Shown here piece by piece: positions 50,367 to 60,945 of a stretch of 64,000 nt of DNA. Under the pieces are notes generated by a model. The model was not told the DNA's origin and did no database searches. It saw nothing but the letters and a program-made list of their open reading frames with translations. The DNA is from Candidatus Eiseniibacteriota bacterium (GTDB lineage: Bacteria; Eisenbacteria; RBG-16-71-46): positions 1,056,001-1,120,000 of the forward strand of contig OY970178.1 in the NCBI GenBank assembly GCA_963707915.1. The letters run 5' to 3'. Position 1 is the first letter of the stretch; the number at the start of each line of letters is the position of its first letter. The translations under genes and the position numbers were made by a program.

Positions 50367-51800
50367 TCACACGCGCCGGCGGAAACGCGCCGGCAGGATG
50401 CTGAGCTGCTCCCGGTACTTCGCCACGGTCCGCCGGGCGATCTTGAGCCCCGTCTCGTGCAGGAGCTCGGCGATGCGCTGGTCGGACAACGGCTCGGTCT
50501 TGGCCTCCTCGTCGATCAGGGTCTTGATGGTGTCCCGGGCCGTCCGCGCCGAGACGTCGTCGCCGTCCTCGGTCTCCAGCCCGCTCGAGAAGAAGAACTT
50601 GAGCTCGAACACACCGCGCGGCGTCTGCACGTACTTCGCGCTGCAGACGCGGCTCACCGTGGACTCGTGCATGTCGATCTGCCGGGCGACCTGCTGCAGC
50701 GTGAGGGGCCGCAGGAACGCGATCCCCTTGTCGAAGAAGTCCCGCTGCTCGCGGATGATGCAGTTCATCACCTTGATCATGGTGCGTCGCCGTTGCTCGA
50801 TGGTCTGGATCAGCCAGCGCGCCGAGTTCAGCTTGCCCTGGATGTACTCGCGGGTCTTGACCTCGCCGGCGTTGCAGTCCGCCTTCTTCTTGCCGCGCAT
50901 CACGCCCTCGTAGGCGGCCGAGATGCGCAGCCGGGGCAGGTGGCGGTCGTTCAGCATGACCAGGTACTCGTCGTTCACGCGCTCGACCACCAGGTCGGGC
51001 ACGACGTACTTGGGGTCCTCGCTCGAGACCTGCAGCCCCGGCTTGGGGTTCAGCGTGGCGATCGCGTCGGCCCCCGCCTGGACCTCCTCCGGCGTGACCT
51101 TCAGGATGCGCGCGATCTCCGGGAAGCGCCGGTTCACCAGGTTGTTGAACTGGTCGTGGATGAGCTTCCACGACAGCGTGTCGCGCTCGTTGCGCGCCTC
51201 GAGCTGGATGAGCAGGCACTCCCGCAGGTCCCGTGCCCCGACCCCCACCGGCTCGAGCGCCTGGATGACCTTCAGGATGCGCTCGCAGAGCTCGAGCGGC
51301 TGTCCGGTGGCCTGCGCCACGTCCTCGAGCGGGGTCGCCAGCCAGCCGCGCTCGTCCAGCGAGCCGATCAGGAACTCGGCCAGCAGCAGGTCGCGCGGCG
51401 AGAGCGACAGGAAGTGGAGCTGCTCGAGCAGGCTCTCGGCCAGCGAGGTGCGCGTGACCGGCACCTTCTCGAGGAATTCCGCCGAGGTCTCCTGCTGGGG
51501 GACGTAGACCCGGTCGAGCGCCCCGTCCTGCATGTACTCCGACCAGTCGATGGGATCCTCCTCGGTCGGATCCTCCGCCTCCTCGTTGGCCTTCTCCTCG
51601 GGCGAGTCCTCCTTGGCGAGGTCCTCGTTCTCGGTGACCTCGTCCACCTCCTCCAGCAGGGGGTTCTGGATCATCTCCTGCTTGAGGATCTGCTGGAGCT
51701 CGAGGGTCGGCACCTGCAGCAGCTTGAGCGCCTGCTGCAGCCGCGGGGTCATGATGAGAGCCGGCCGCAGGCTCAGGTTCAGCGAGGGTTTCATTTCCAT
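50367..51800 (-). CDS. rpoN: RNA polymerase sigma-54 factor
   Basis: TPRLQQALKLLQ, HESTVSR, RpoN box ARRTVAKYRE. Confidence 0.97.
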   Translation of the reverse strand: MEMKPSLNLSLRPALIMTPRLQQALKLLQVPTLELQQILKQEMIQNPLLEEVDEVTENEDLAKEDSPEEKANEEAEDPTEEDPIDWSEYMQDGALDRVYVPQQETSAEFLEKVPVTRTSLAESLLEQLHFLSLSPRDLLLAEFLIGSLDERGWLATPLEDVAQATGQPLELCERILKVIQALEPVGVGARDLRECLLIQLEARNERDTLSWKLIHDQFNNLVNRRFPEIARILKVTPEEVQAGADAIATLNPKPGLQVSSEDPKYVVPDLVVERVNDEYLVMLNDRHLPRLRISAAYEGVMRGKKKADCNAGEVKTREYIQGKLNSARWLIQTIEQRRRTMIKVMNCIIREQRDFFDKGIAFLRPLTLQQVARQIDMHESTVSRVCSAKYVQTPRGVFELKFFFSSGLETEDGDDVSARTARDTIKTLIDEEAKTEPLSDQRIAELLHETGLKIARRTVAKYREQLSILPARFRRRV

Positions 51801-51829
51801 GATGGGTCGGCTCCGTGCGGCGGCTGGTA

Positions 51830-52639
51830 TCAGAGGCTGAATCGTTCGCCCAGGTAGATCTCGCGCGCCCGCGAATCGTTGGCCAGCTCCTGCGAGGTCC
51901 CCTGCAGGAGGATGCGGCCCTCGTACATGATGTACGCGCGATCGGTGATCCGCAGCGTCTCGCGCACGTTGTGGTCGGTGATGAGCACGCCGAGTCCCCG
52001 CTGGCGCAGGCGGTCCACGATGTCCTGGATCTCCGACACCGCGATCGGATCGATGCCGACGAACGGCTCGTCGAGCAGCATGTAGGACGGCTGCCGCGCC
52101 AGGGCCCGCGTAATCTCGACCCGGCGGCGCTCGCCGCCCGAGAGCTTCGTGGCCATGCGTCCGGCCAGGTGCGTGAGGTTCAACTCCTCCAGCAGCCGCT
52201 TCAGGCGCGCCTCGCGCTCGGCCCGGGTGAGGGGCATCGTCTCCAGCACCGCCATCACGTTGTCGCTGACCGTCAGGCGGCGGAAGATGCTCGATTCCTG
52301 CGCGAGGTAGCCGAGCCCGAGCCGCGCCCTCCGGTAGACGGGCTCGTCGGTGATGTCGCGGCCGTCGAGCAGGATGCGCCCCCGGCTCGGCTGCAGCAAC
52401 CCGACGATCATGTAGAAGGACGTGGTCTTGCCGGCCCCGTTCGGTCCGAGCAGGCCGACGACCTCGCCGCGGCGCACGTGGAAGCTCACGTCGTCCACCA
52501 CGCGCCAGCGCCCGTAGTAGCGCTCGATCCCGCTGGCCACCAGGCCCTCGGCCGGGCCGGGAGACGCCGCGGGGACGTCCGTGGCGCCGTCGCCCGGCAC
52601 CGGCGGGCCCGCTTCCCGCCGGTCGTCGCCGCCGCTCAC
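51830..52639 (-). CDS. lptB: LPS export ABC ATPase
   Basis: GPNGAGKTT, LSGGERRRVE, LDEPF, ITDHNVRETL, YLGERF. Confidence 0.95.
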   Translation of the reverse strand: MSGGDDRREAGPPVPGDGATDVPAASPGPAEGLVASGIERYYGRWRVVDDVSFHVRRGEVVGLLGPNGAGKTTSFYMIVGLLQPSRGRILLDGRDITDEPVYRRARLGLGYLAQESSIFRRLTVSDNVMAVLETMPLTRAEREARLKRLLEELNLTHLAGRMATKLSGGERRRVEITRALARQPSYMLLDEPFVGIDPIAVSEIQDIVDRLRQRGLGVLITDHNVRETLRITDRAYIMYEGRILLQGTSQELANDSRAREIYLGERFSL

Positions 52640-53268
52640 CGCGCGCCGCCCCTGGGCCCGGTGACCGCTCCGGCCGAGCGCGTCTGCACGGTCGCCTGCA
52701 CCTTGCTCTTGAACTCGAAGCGCTTGAGCCCGGGATCGCTCTCGAAGCCGTAGCCCGAGAGCACGTTGCCCTCGCGCTCCACCCGCACCATCTGCTCGAT
52801 CGGGGAGACGATCGTCTGCGCGCGGTTCAGGAAGCGGATCTCCTGCGTGGACATGCGCGTGCCGTCGCGCGTCTGCAGGACCACGTCGCCCCGCGCGATC
52901 ATGTCGCGGGTCTGCAGCTGGATCTCGCCCCCGCGCGCGGTGAGCTCGGAGGACCGGGCGCCCTGCTCGTCGAAGAAGTCCACGCGGATGGCGCGGGCGA
53001 CGATGACGTTGCGGCCGTAGTAGGTGGCCGCGTAGCGGGCGTACAGCTTCCACTGCGGGGCGCCCTCGTCGGTCTCGGTGAGCACGAACTCGCTCACCTC
53101 CTGGTCCGGCAACTCGCCGACCGCCTGCGAGGGGCTCTTGGCGCGCTCCGCACCGCAGCCCGCGGCGAGCAGCGCGAGCACCAACGCCACGAGGCCCACG
53201 GCCCCCGGAGGGAGGCCGCGGAAGCGGGGGGACCATCGTCCCCAGGGGATCAAGGCTGCCCGGTTCAT
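52636..53268 (-). CDS. lptC: LPS export periplasmic protein LptC (lipoprotein-like)
   Basis: LLAAGC lipobox; WKLYARYA, VDFFD..G, GDVVL, LSGYGFESD; position before lptB. Confidence 0.8.
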   Translation of the reverse strand: MNRAALIPWGRWSPRFRGLPPGAVGLVALVLALLAAGCGAERAKSPSQAVGELPDQEVSEFVLTETDEGAPQWKLYARYAATYYGRNVIVARAIRVDFFDEQGARSSELTARGGEIQLQTRDMIARGDVVLQTRDGTRMSTQEIRFLNRAQTIVSPIEQMVRVEREGNVLSGYGFESDPGLKRFEFKSKVQATVQTRSAGAVTGPRGGAR

Positions 53269-53308
53269 CAAGTCCAAGCCACGCTAACAAAGGGCGGGTC
53301 GGGCCGCA

Positions 53309-53325
53309 AGCACGATAAGTGCCAG
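53309..53325 (-). promoter_or_regulatory. Putative sigma-54 promoter upstream of lptC-lptB-rpoN
   Basis: Minus strand CTGGCACTTATCGTGCT with GG-N10-GC spacing and TGGCAC -24 box. Confidence 0.65.
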
Positions 53326-53481
53326 CGCGTCTGTTCGCTGCAACGCTGAGGGGTTATCGGTACGGACGGTCCGCGACTTGACGCCCGGCCGACGACGCCG
53401 ACGGCGGCCGGAGGACCGCCGCGACGGTCATCGGGGCGACCCGGGCCGGCGCGGGTCCGGTCCCGACCGCCCCCGGCGCGG

Positions 53482-54456
53482 CTAGCGCCCCGCGCGCAGG
53501 CAGTCATGCAGGTGCAGCACGCCGATCGGCGCTCCCGCCACGTCCACCACCACCAGCGCGGTGATCGGGCCGGCCGCGCGCTCCTCCATCCGGCGCACCG
53601 CGGCCGCCACCAGCGCGTCCCGCGCGATCGTGCTCGGCGTGCGACCCATGACTTCCCGGGCGGTGAGGCCCCAGGGCTCGGGGTGCTTGAGCAGGATGCG
53701 CTTGAAGTCGCCGTCGGTGACTACGCCGGCCAGCCGGCCGGAGCCGTCCACCACGGTGGTGATGCCGAGCCGCTTGTCCATGATCTCGAGCATCACCTCG
53801 CGCAACCGGGCGTCCTCCCCCACCCGCGGCAGCGCGGCGCCCTCGTGCATCAACTCGCCGACCCGGCGCGCCGCGGAGTGGCCGATGACGCCGCCCGGGT
53901 GCAGGAAGCGGAAGTCCTCGGCGGTGAAGCCGCGACGCTCGAGCAGCGCCACCGCGAGGCAGTCCCCCATCACCTGCGCCACCGTGATGCTGGTCGTCGG
54001 CGCGAGGTCCATCGGACACACCTCGCGCACCGGGCCGGTCACCAGGCAGACGGTGCTCTTCCCCCCGAGCACCGAGCGGGGCGTCGCGACGATGCTCACC
54101 AGCGGGATGCCGTGCCGCTCGAGGTAGGGCAGCAGCGCCAGCAGCTCGTCGCTGGCCCCGCTCTTCGAGAGGAACAGCGCGACATCGCCCGCGGCGAACA
54201 GCCCGGCATCGCCGTGCAGGGCGTCGGCCGGGTGCAGGAACACCGCCGGCGTGCCGGTGCTGGTGAGCGTGGCGGCGAGCTTGTGGGCGAGCAGCCCGGA
54301 CTTCCCCACGCCCGAGACCACGACCTTGCCAAGGCAGCCGTGCAGGCACTCCACCGCGGCGAGGAATTCCGGCCCGAGCCGGCCCTCGAGCCCGGCGATC
54401 GCTGCAGCCTCGCCGCGCACCACCTCGCGCGCCAGTTCGAGCAGGTCGCGCGCCAT
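53482..54456 (-). CDS. kdsD: Arabinose-5-phosphate isomerase (KpsF/GutQ)
   Basis: GVGKSG, HGDAG, APTTS, HPGG, CBS pair. Confidence 0.93.
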   Translation of the reverse strand: MARDLLELAREVVRGEAAAIAGLEGRLGPEFLAAVECLHGCLGKVVVSGVGKSGLLAHKLAATLTSTGTPAVFLHPADALHGDAGLFAAGDVALFLSKSGASDELLALLPYLERHGIPLVSIVATPRSVLGGKSTVCLVTGPVREVCPMDLAPTTSITVAQVMGDCLAVALLERRGFTAEDFRFLHPGGVIGHSAARRVGELMHEGAALPRVGEDARLREVMLEIMDKRLGITTVVDGSGRLAGVVTDGDFKRILLKHPEPWGLTAREVMGRTPSTIARDALVAAAVRRMEERAAGPITALVVVDVAGAPIGVLHLHDCLRAGR

Positions 54457-54989
54457 CACAGCGCCTCGTAGCGGAGCAGCACCTGCTCCCAGGTGCCGTT
54501 GTGCCGCAGCAGCAGCTCCACCGCCTCGCGCGCCGCTCCGCGTCCGCCGCCCCGCTGCGTCACGGTGCGGGCCCGGGCGAGCACCTCGGGCTGGGCGTCG
54601 GCGACCGCGATCGGCCAGCCCACGCGGTTGAGCAGCGGCACGTCCGGCAGATCGTCTCCCAGCATCGCGCATTCCTCCCACCGTGCGCCCTCGCGGGCGA
54701 GCACGCGTTCCGCCACCGCCACCTTGTCCTTGATGTCGAGATGGTACTCGAGCCCGAGGTCCTTCATGCGGCCCTCCACGGCCGGCGACGGGCGGCCCGA
54801 GATCACCACCGGCAGCAGCCCCAGCTCGCGCGCCCAGAGCAGCGCGAGCCCGTCGCGCACCCAGAAGTTGCGCAGGTCCCCGGCCGCGCCCTCGGTGATG
54901 ACCCCGTCGGTGAGCGTGCCGTCCACGTCGAGGAACAGGATGCGCACCGGCCCCGCGGGCCCGCCCGGCGCGCCGTGCGGCGCCGTCAC
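54456..54989 (-). CDS. kdsC: KDO-8-phosphate phosphatase
   Basis: LDVDGTLTDG, VRDG, GDDLPD, GGRGAARE. Confidence 0.92.
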   Translation of the reverse strand: MTAPHGAPGGPAGPVRILFLDVDGTLTDGVITEGAAGDLRNFWVRDGLALLWARELGLLPVVISGRPSPAVEGRMKDLGLEYHLDIKDKVAVAERVLAREGARWEECAMLGDDLPDVPLLNRVGWPIAVADAQPEVLARARTVTQRGGGRGAAREAVELLLRHNGTWEQVLLRYEAL

Positions 54990-55801
54990 AGCCTGCCCGC
55001 CACCGCGGCCCGCACGCTCGCGGCCGCGTCGAGGAACGCCTCGGCCTGGTCGAGCGGCAACTGGGTCGCTGCATCGGAGAGGGCGCGCGCGGGGTCCGGA
55101 TGGCACTCGAAGAAGAGCCCGTCCACGCCGCAGGCCACGGCCGCGCGCATCAGCGGGAAGGCGAAGCGGCGGTCGCCCCCGGTCTCGGCGCCGCCGGGAC
55201 GCTGCAGGCTGTGGGTGGCGTCGTAGACCACCGGCCAGCCCAGTTCGCGCATCACGACCAGGCCGCGCATGTCCACCACCAGGTCCCCGTAGCCGAAGCT
55301 GGTGCCGCGCTCGGTGAGCAGGATGCGAACCCCGCCCGCCAGGCTCAGCTTCTCGACCGCGTGCTGCATGTCCCCGGGCGGCAGGAACTGGCCCTTCTTC
55401 ACGTTGACCGCCCGGCCGGTGCGCGCCGCGGCCTGCAGCAGCGCGGTCTGCCGGCAGAGGAACGCCGGGATCTGCAACACGTCGGCCACCCCGGCCACCG
55501 TCGCCACCTCGGCCACCTCGTGGACGTCGGTGAGCACCGGCACTCCCACGTCGCGCTTCACCTGGTCGAGGATGCCCAGCGCCTCGTCGATGCCCAGCCC
55601 CGCGAAGGAGCGGCCGCTCGAGCGGTTGGCCTTGCGGTAGGACGCCTTGAACACGTAGGGCAGGCCGCGCTCGGCGCACAGGGTCTTGAGCCGGCCGGCC
55701 ACCTCGATGCAGGATCCGAGGTCCTCGACCACGCACGGCCCCGCGATCACCAGCAGCCCCGGACCGCCGGCCTCCGCGGCCCCGATCGAGAAGCGGTTCA
55801 C
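54986..55801 (-). CDS. kdsA: KDO-8-phosphate synthase
   Basis: [38 protein letters not shown]. Confidence 0.96.
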   Translation of the reverse strand: MNRFSIGAAEAGGPGLLVIAGPCVVEDLGSCIEVAGRLKTLCAERGLPYVFKASYRKANRSSGRSFAGLGIDEALGILDQVKRDVGVPVLTDVHEVAEVATVAGVADVLQIPAFLCRQTALLQAAARTGRAVNVKKGQFLPPGDMQHAVEKLSLAGGVRILLTERGTSFGYGDLVVDMRGLVVMRELGWPVVYDATHSLQRPGGAETGGDRRFAFPLMRAAVACGVDGLFFECHPDPARALSDAATQLPLDQAEAFLDAAASVRAAVAGRL

Positions 55802-57498
55802 GACTCCCTCCCGTGCGGCACCGTCGCGTCCGCCGCGGGTCCCGCGGACGGCCCCGCGCCCGTTGCCCCCTCGCGCGCGACCTCGTCGCTGCCCAGCCGC
55901 GCGCGCCGGCGCTCGAGGGCGGCGCGCACGAAGTCCACGAACAACGGGTGCGGCTCGTGGGGCCGCGACTTGAACTCGGGGTGGAACTGCACCGCCAGGA
56001 ACCACGGGTGGTCGGGCAGCTCGATGATCTCGACCAGGTCGCGCCCCACGCAGCGGCCCGAGAACACCAGCCCGCGCGACTGCAGCTGCGCGGCGTACTT
56101 GTTGTTGAACTCGTAGCGGTGCCGGTGGCGCTCCTCGACCTCGCCCCGGCCGTAGGCGCGCGCGGCCAGGCTGCCCGCCTTCAGCGCGCAGCGATAGGAG
56201 CCGAGCCGCATCGTGCCGCCCTTCTCGTGGATGTCCTGCTGGTCGGCCATCAGGTCGATCACCTTTTGCGCGGCGTGCGGGTCGAACTCGCTGGAGTGGG
56301 CCTCCTGCCAGCCCACCACGTGGCGCGCGAACTCGATGGTCGCCACCTGCAGCCCGAGGCACAGCCCGAAGTACGGGATGCCGCTCTCGCGCGCGTGGCG
56401 CGCCGCCGCGATCTTGCCCTCGATGCCGCGCTCGCCGAAGCCGCCCGGCACCAGCACGCCGTCCACCCCGGCGAGCAGCTCCGCGGCGCCGCGCGCCTCG
56501 ACGTCGCTGGCCTCGATCCAGCGCACCCGGACGCGCGCGCGGTGGGCGGCGCCGGCGTGGACGAAGGCCTCGACGATGCTCTTGTAGGCGTCGCGCACGT
56601 GGGTGTACTTGCCGACCACCGCGATCTCGCACTCCCGCTCGGGCTCGCGCACGCGGGAGACGAAGTCCGCCCAGGCCCGCAGGTCGGGCGCGTCGGTGTC
56701 GAGGCCCAGTCCCTGCACCACCAGCGAGTCGAGCCCGCCCTCGTGGAACATGAGCGGCACCTCGTAGATGGACGGCTTGTCGGTGGCGCCGATGACCGCC
56801 TCGGTCGGGACGTTGCAGAACAGCGCGATCTTCTCGCGCACGTCGCTGTCGAGCGGCACCTCGCTGCGGCACAGCAGGATGTCGGGCTGGATGCCGATCT
56901 CGCGCAGCTCGCGCACCGAGTGCTGCGTCGGCTTGGTCTTGACCTCCCCCGCGACCTTGAGGAAGGGCACCAGGGTGACGTGCACGAACAGCGTGTCGCG
57001 GCGCAGCTCGAGGCGCAGCTGGCGCACCGCCTCGAGGAACGGCAGCGACTCGATGTCGCCCACCGTGCCGCCGATCTCGATGATGGCCACGTCGGCCTGG
57101 GAGGTGAGCGCCAGGCTCGTGATGCGGCGCTTGATCTCGTCGGTGACGTGGGGGATGACCTGCACGGTGCGGCCCAGGTAGTCGCCGCGCCGCTCCTTCG
57201 CGAGGATGGTGTCGTAGACCTGGCCGGCGGTGACGTTGTGACTGCGGGTCACCGAGGTGGCGGTGAAGCGCTCGTAGTGGCCCAGGTCCAGGTCGGTCTC
57301 GGCGCCGTCGTCGGTGACGAAGACCTCGCCGTGCTGGAACGGGCTCATCGTGCCGGGGTCGACGTTGAGGTAGGGGTCGAGCTTCTGCAGCGTGACCCGC
57401 AGGCCGCGCGCCTTGAGCAGCAGCCCGAGCGAGGCCGCGGCGATCCCCTTGCCCAGGGACGACACGACGCCCCCGGTGACCACGACGTACTTCGTCAT
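55798..57498 (-). CDS. pyrG: CTP synthase
   Basis: [30 protein letters not shown]. Confidence 0.97.
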   Translation of the reverse strand: MTKYVVVTGGVVSSLGKGIAAASLGLLLKARGLRVTLQKLDPYLNVDPGTMSPFQHGEVFVTDDGAETDLDLGHYERFTATSVTRSHNVTAGQVYDTILAKERRGDYLGRTVQVIPHVTDEIKRRITSLALTSQADVAIIEIGGTVGDIESLPFLEAVRQLRLELRRDTLFVHVTLVPFLKVAGEVKTKPTQHSVRELREIGIQPDILLCRSEVPLDSDVREKIALFCNVPTEAVIGATDKPSIYEVPLMFHEGGLDSLVVQGLGLDTDAPDLRAWADFVSRVREPERECEIAVVGKYTHVRDAYKSIVEAFVHAGAAHRARVRVRWIEASDVEARGAAELLAGVDGVLVPGGFGERGIEGKIAAARHARESGIPYFGLCLGLQVATIEFARHVVGWQEAHSSEFDPHAAQKVIDLMADQQDIHEKGGTMRLGSYRCALKAGSLAARAYGRGEVEERHRHRYEFNNKYAAQLQSRGLVFSGRCVGRDLVEIIELPDHPWFLAVQFHPEFKSRPHEPHPLFVDFVRAALERRRARLGSDEVAREGATGAGPSAGPAADATVPHGRES

Positions 57499-57544
57499 CT
57501 CCCTGCCTCCGCTTCCCTGGAAGGACTCCGTTGCGGGGCGCCCG

Positions 57545-58273
57545 TCAGGGGCGCGGCCCGCGTCGTTCCAACGCCTGCAGCTGTTCGGGCGTGTCCACGC
57601 CCGCGAACGGGCGCTCGCCGAGGACGACCTTGATGCGCACGCCGCGCTCGACCGCACGCAGTTGCTCGAGCCGCTCGGCCTGTTCCAGCCGTCCGGGCGG
57701 CCACGACGCGAACTCGAGCAGCAGCTCGCGGCGGAACGCGTAGACGCCCGCGTGGCGCAGCGCGGGGCCGCCCAGCGAGCCGCCCGCGAGGTCGGCGCGG
57801 CTGAAGTAGAGCGCGAAGGCGTCGTCGTCCACCACCACCTTGACCACCTCGGGCCGGGCCAGCAGCGCGGCGTCCGGCTCGTGGTGGGCGATGGTGCCCA
57901 TGCGCAGCGACGCGTCGCCGCGCATCACCTCCACCAGCCGCGAGACCGCCCCGGTCTCGAGCTCGGGCTCGTCGCCCTGCAGGTTGAGCACCAACCCGGC
58001 GCCGGGCCGCCGCCGCGCCACCTCGGCCACGCGGTCGGTGCCGCTCGCGCAGTCCGCGGAGGTCCGCTCGACCGCCGCACCGAAGCCGCGCGCCGCCACC
58101 GCGATGCGCTCGTCGTCGGTGGCGATCAGCAACTCGTCGAGGCCGCGCGCCGCGCGCGCCCGCTCCCAGACGTGCTGGAGCATGGGCTTGCCCCACAGCG
58201 TCGCGAGCGGCTTGCCCGGGAAGCGCGTGGCCGCGAAACGGGCGGGGATGACGGCGAGGACGGCGTCGGTCAC
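57545..58273 (-). CDS. kdsB: CMP-KDO synthetase
   Basis: [36 protein letters not shown]. Confidence 0.95.
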   Translation of the reverse strand: MTDAVLAVIPARFAATRFPGKPLATLWGKPMLQHVWERARAARGLDELLIATDDERIAVAARGFGAAVERTSADCASGTDRVAEVARRRPGAGLVLNLQGDEPELETGAVSRLVEVMRGDASLRMGTIAHHEPDAALLARPEVVKVVVDDDAFALYFSRADLAGGSLGGPALRHAGVYAFRRELLLEFASWPPGRLEQAERLEQLRAVERGVRIKVVLGERPFAGVDTPEQLQALERRGPRP

Positions 58274-58427
58274 GCTCGGGCTCCGGGACAGGCTGGCGGC
58301 GGCGCCCGCCGCGAACGCGACACGCCGTCACCGGGCAGCTTCTCCCCCGGGACGGCGCGGGTGCGGGTCGGGCCATGCTTGCGCACGAAGCGGCAGGCTA
58401 GCACAGGGCCCCGGGTGCCCAAAGCAC

Positions 58428-58476
58428 GAACGCCGCCCGGCCGCGGGTCTCGGACCCGGGGGCCGGGCGGCGTCGG
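58428..58476 (-). terminator. Stem-loop after rpmA
   Basis: GACGCCGCCCGGCC...GGCCGGGCGGCGTT followed by CGTGCTTT on the minus strand. Confidence 0.5.
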
Positions 58477-58488
58477 GGGCCGCGAGGG

Positions 58489-58755
58489 CTAGGCGGTCTC
58501 GGCGACCTCGGCGGTGGCCGGCGGCAGCACGTGGACCTTGCGGCGGACGAACTTGACGTGGCCGTCGATCGTGGCGAACAGCGTGTGGTCCTTGCCCATG
58601 CCCACGTTCAGGCCGGGGAAGAACTTGGTGCCGCGCTGCCGCACGATGATGCCTCCGGACCGCACGCGCTCGCCGCCGAAGCGCTTCACACCCAGGCGCT
58701 GGGCGTTCGACTCGCGGTTGTTCCGGGACGAGGACTGGCCTTTCTTGTGTGCCAT
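58489..58755 (-). CDS. rpmA: 50S ribosomal protein L27
   Basis: [23 protein letters not shown]. Confidence 0.97.
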   Translation of the reverse strand: MAHKKGQSSSRNNRESNAQRLGVKRFGGERVRSGGIIVRQRGTKFFPGLNVGMGKDHTLFATIDGHVKFVRRKVHVLPPATAEVAETA

Positions 58756-58764
58756 GGCGTCTCC

Positions 58765-59076
58765 CTAGCGCTGGATGCCGGTCACGCGCAGGCGCGTGAG
58801 GTCGTCGCGGTAGCCGCGCCGCTTCCGGTAGTCCTGCCGGCGCTTGTACTTGAAGATGTGGATCTTGGGGCCGCGGAAATGCTCGACGACCTCGGCCGTG
58901 AAGCTCGCGCCCTTCACGTAGGGCTGTCCGACCGCGATCGAGTCGCCGTCGGCCACGAGCAGCACCTGGTCGAAGGTGAGCTTGGCGCCCGGCACGCCCG
59001 TGAGACGCGCCACCTGGATCACCGCCTCGGGCTCGACACGGGTCTGGATACCGTTGATGTTCACGATCGCGTACAT
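58765..59076 (-). CDS. rplU: 50S ribosomal protein L21
   Basis: MYAIV, VGQPYV, FKYKRR. Confidence 0.95.
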   Translation of the reverse strand: MYAIVNINGIQTRVEPEAVIQVARLTGVPGAKLTFDQVLLVADGDSIAVGQPYVKGASFTAEVVEHFRGPKIHIFKYKRRQDYRKRRGYRDDLTRLRVTGIQR

Positions 59077-59177
59077 CGCTGGACAGTCTCCTGAAGACGC
59101 AGGCGCGCGGACGGCGGGGTCCCGCCATGGGCCCGCGGACACACAAGAAGCGCCCGTAACGGGGCGCGGAGCGATAT

Positions 59178-59207
59178 TTTGTACCATGCGCCCGCCTGCC
59201 GGGTCAA
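59178..59207 (-). promoter_or_regulatory. Putative sigma-70 promoter for rplU-rpmA
   Basis: TTGACC, 18 bp, TACAAA preceded by TG. Confidence 0.45.
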
Positions 59208-59324
59208 GCGCGGTCCCCCGTCGGCCGGGTCCCGCGGCAAACCGCTCCGGGAGCCTCCCCCGCCCGCGGGGCCCCGGCCCCGGCCGCCCGCGGGCCTCCG
59301 GGCGATCCCGGCCCTGCCCGGGGC

Positions 59325-60878
59325 CTACGTCCCGGGAACGGTGCCGACCACCTGCTTGGTGAGGTCGCGCTTGCCGCCGGCGCCGAAGACCTTCATCTCG
59401 CCGCGCTTCAGCTGCGGGTCGTCCTTCAGGTCGACCTGGAGCTTGAAGCGCTTCTCCATCTCCGCGAAGCGCCGGGCCTCCTGTTCCACGAAGTGCAGCG
59501 CGATCTCGGGCGCCACCTTGACGGTGATGCGCTTCTCGCCGCCCATCGCGGCCACCCGCCGCACGGCGCGCTCGAGCTTGACGAGCATGGTCTCGGGCGA
59601 CGCCACCTTGCCCAGCCCGCCGCAGTGCGGGCAGTCCTCAGTGTAGTAGTGGAGCAGGCTCGAGCGCTCGCGCTGGCGCGTCATCTCGACCAGCCCCAGG
59701 TCCGACACCGCGAACGCCCGGGTGCGGGCGCGGTCCAGCCGCAGCTCGGCGCGCAGCTCGTCCAGCACGGCGCGCTTGTTGGCCTCGATCTCCATGTCGA
59801 TGAAGTCGATCACGATGATGCCGCCGATGTCGCGCAGGCGCAGCTGCCGGGGGATCTCCCGCGCCGCCTCGAGGTTGGTGCGGAAGATGGTCTCTTCCTG
59901 GTTCTTCTTGCCCACGAAACGCCCGGTGTTCACGTCGATGGCGACCAGCGCCTCGGTGTGGTCCACGCAGATGTACCCGCCCTTCTTCAGCCACACCTTG
60001 CGCTCGAAGGTCTTCTCGATCTGCGTCTCGACGCCGTAGTGGTCGAAGATGGGCTCCGAGCCCTTGTAGAGCTTCACGCGCTCGCGCAGCTCGGGCGAGA
60101 CCGCCTTCAGGTAGGCCTGGGTCTCGGCGAAGGACTCCTTGTCGTCGATGACCACCTCGTCCACGTCGTCGGTGAACAGGTCGCGGATGAGCCCCGCCGT
60201 CATCTCCAGCTCCCGGTGGACGAGCGCCGGCGCGCGCGCCGTGGAGGCCTTCTTGTCCACCTTCTGCCAGAGCTTGTGAAGGTGCTTGACGTCGGCGGCG
60301 AAGTCCGGGTCGCCCTTGCCCTCGCCGGCGGTGCGCGCGATCAGGCCGACCCCCGCGGGCTTGAGGTCCGTGATGATGGCCTTGATGCGCTGGCGCTCGG
60401 CGCGGTCCTCGATGCGGCGCGACACGCCGACGTGGTCCACCCCCGGCATGAGCACGCAGAAGCGCCCGGGCAGGCTCACCTGCTGCGTGATCCGCGGGCC
60501 CTTGGTGCCCATCGACTCCTTGGTGATCTGGACCAGCACCTCCTGGCCCTTCTTGAGGTGCTCCTCGATCTTGGGGGCGGCCGCCCGGCGGCGGCGCCCG
60601 CCGCGCTCCCCGCTCTCCTCGACATCGGAGAGGTCCTCGAGCGCGGCGAGGCTCTCGGCCAGGTCCGAGGCGTGGAGGAAGCCGGTCTTGGCGAGCCCCA
60701 GGTCCACGAACGCGGACTGCATGCCCGGCAGCACGGCGTTGACCCGGCCCTTGTAGATGTCCCCCACGCTGCGCCGCTGCTCGGAGCGCTCGACCCTCAG
60801 TTCGACCAGCTCGCCCTCCTCGAGGATGGCGATGCGGGTCTCGCACGAATCGGCATTGATGATGATCTGCTGTTTCAC
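59325..60878 (-). CDS. Rne/Rng family ribonuclease (RNase G-sized)
   Basis: GDIYKGRV, AFVDLG, IDVNTG, LRLRDIGGIIVIDFIDM, CPHCGG. Confidence 0.95.
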   Translation of the reverse strand: MKQQIIINADSCETRIAILEEGELVELRVERSEQRRSVGDIYKGRVNAVLPGMQSAFVDLGLAKTGFLHASDLAESLAALEDLSDVEESGERGGRRRRAAAPKIEEHLKKGQEVLVQITKESMGTKGPRITQQVSLPGRFCVLMPGVDHVGVSRRIEDRAERQRIKAIITDLKPAGVGLIARTAGEGKGDPDFAADVKHLHKLWQKVDKKASTARAPALVHRELEMTAGLIRDLFTDDVDEVVIDDKESFAETQAYLKAVSPELRERVKLYKGSEPIFDHYGVETQIEKTFERKVWLKKGGYICVDHTEALVAIDVNTGRFVGKKNQEETIFRTNLEAAREIPRQLRLRDIGGIIVIDFIDMEIEANKRAVLDELRAELRLDRARTRAFAVSDLGLVEMTRQRERSSLLHYYTEDCPHCGGLGKVASPETMLVKLERAVRRVAAMGGEKRITVKVAPEIALHFVEQEARRFAEMEKRFKLQVDLKDDPQLKRGEMKVFGAGGKRDLTKQVVGTVPGT

Positions 60879-60945
60879 GGGATCCTTCGCGAGGCGGACG
60901 GACGGGCCGTCCGACCTCCGTTCTCAGATCCGCGCCCCGCCCGCA

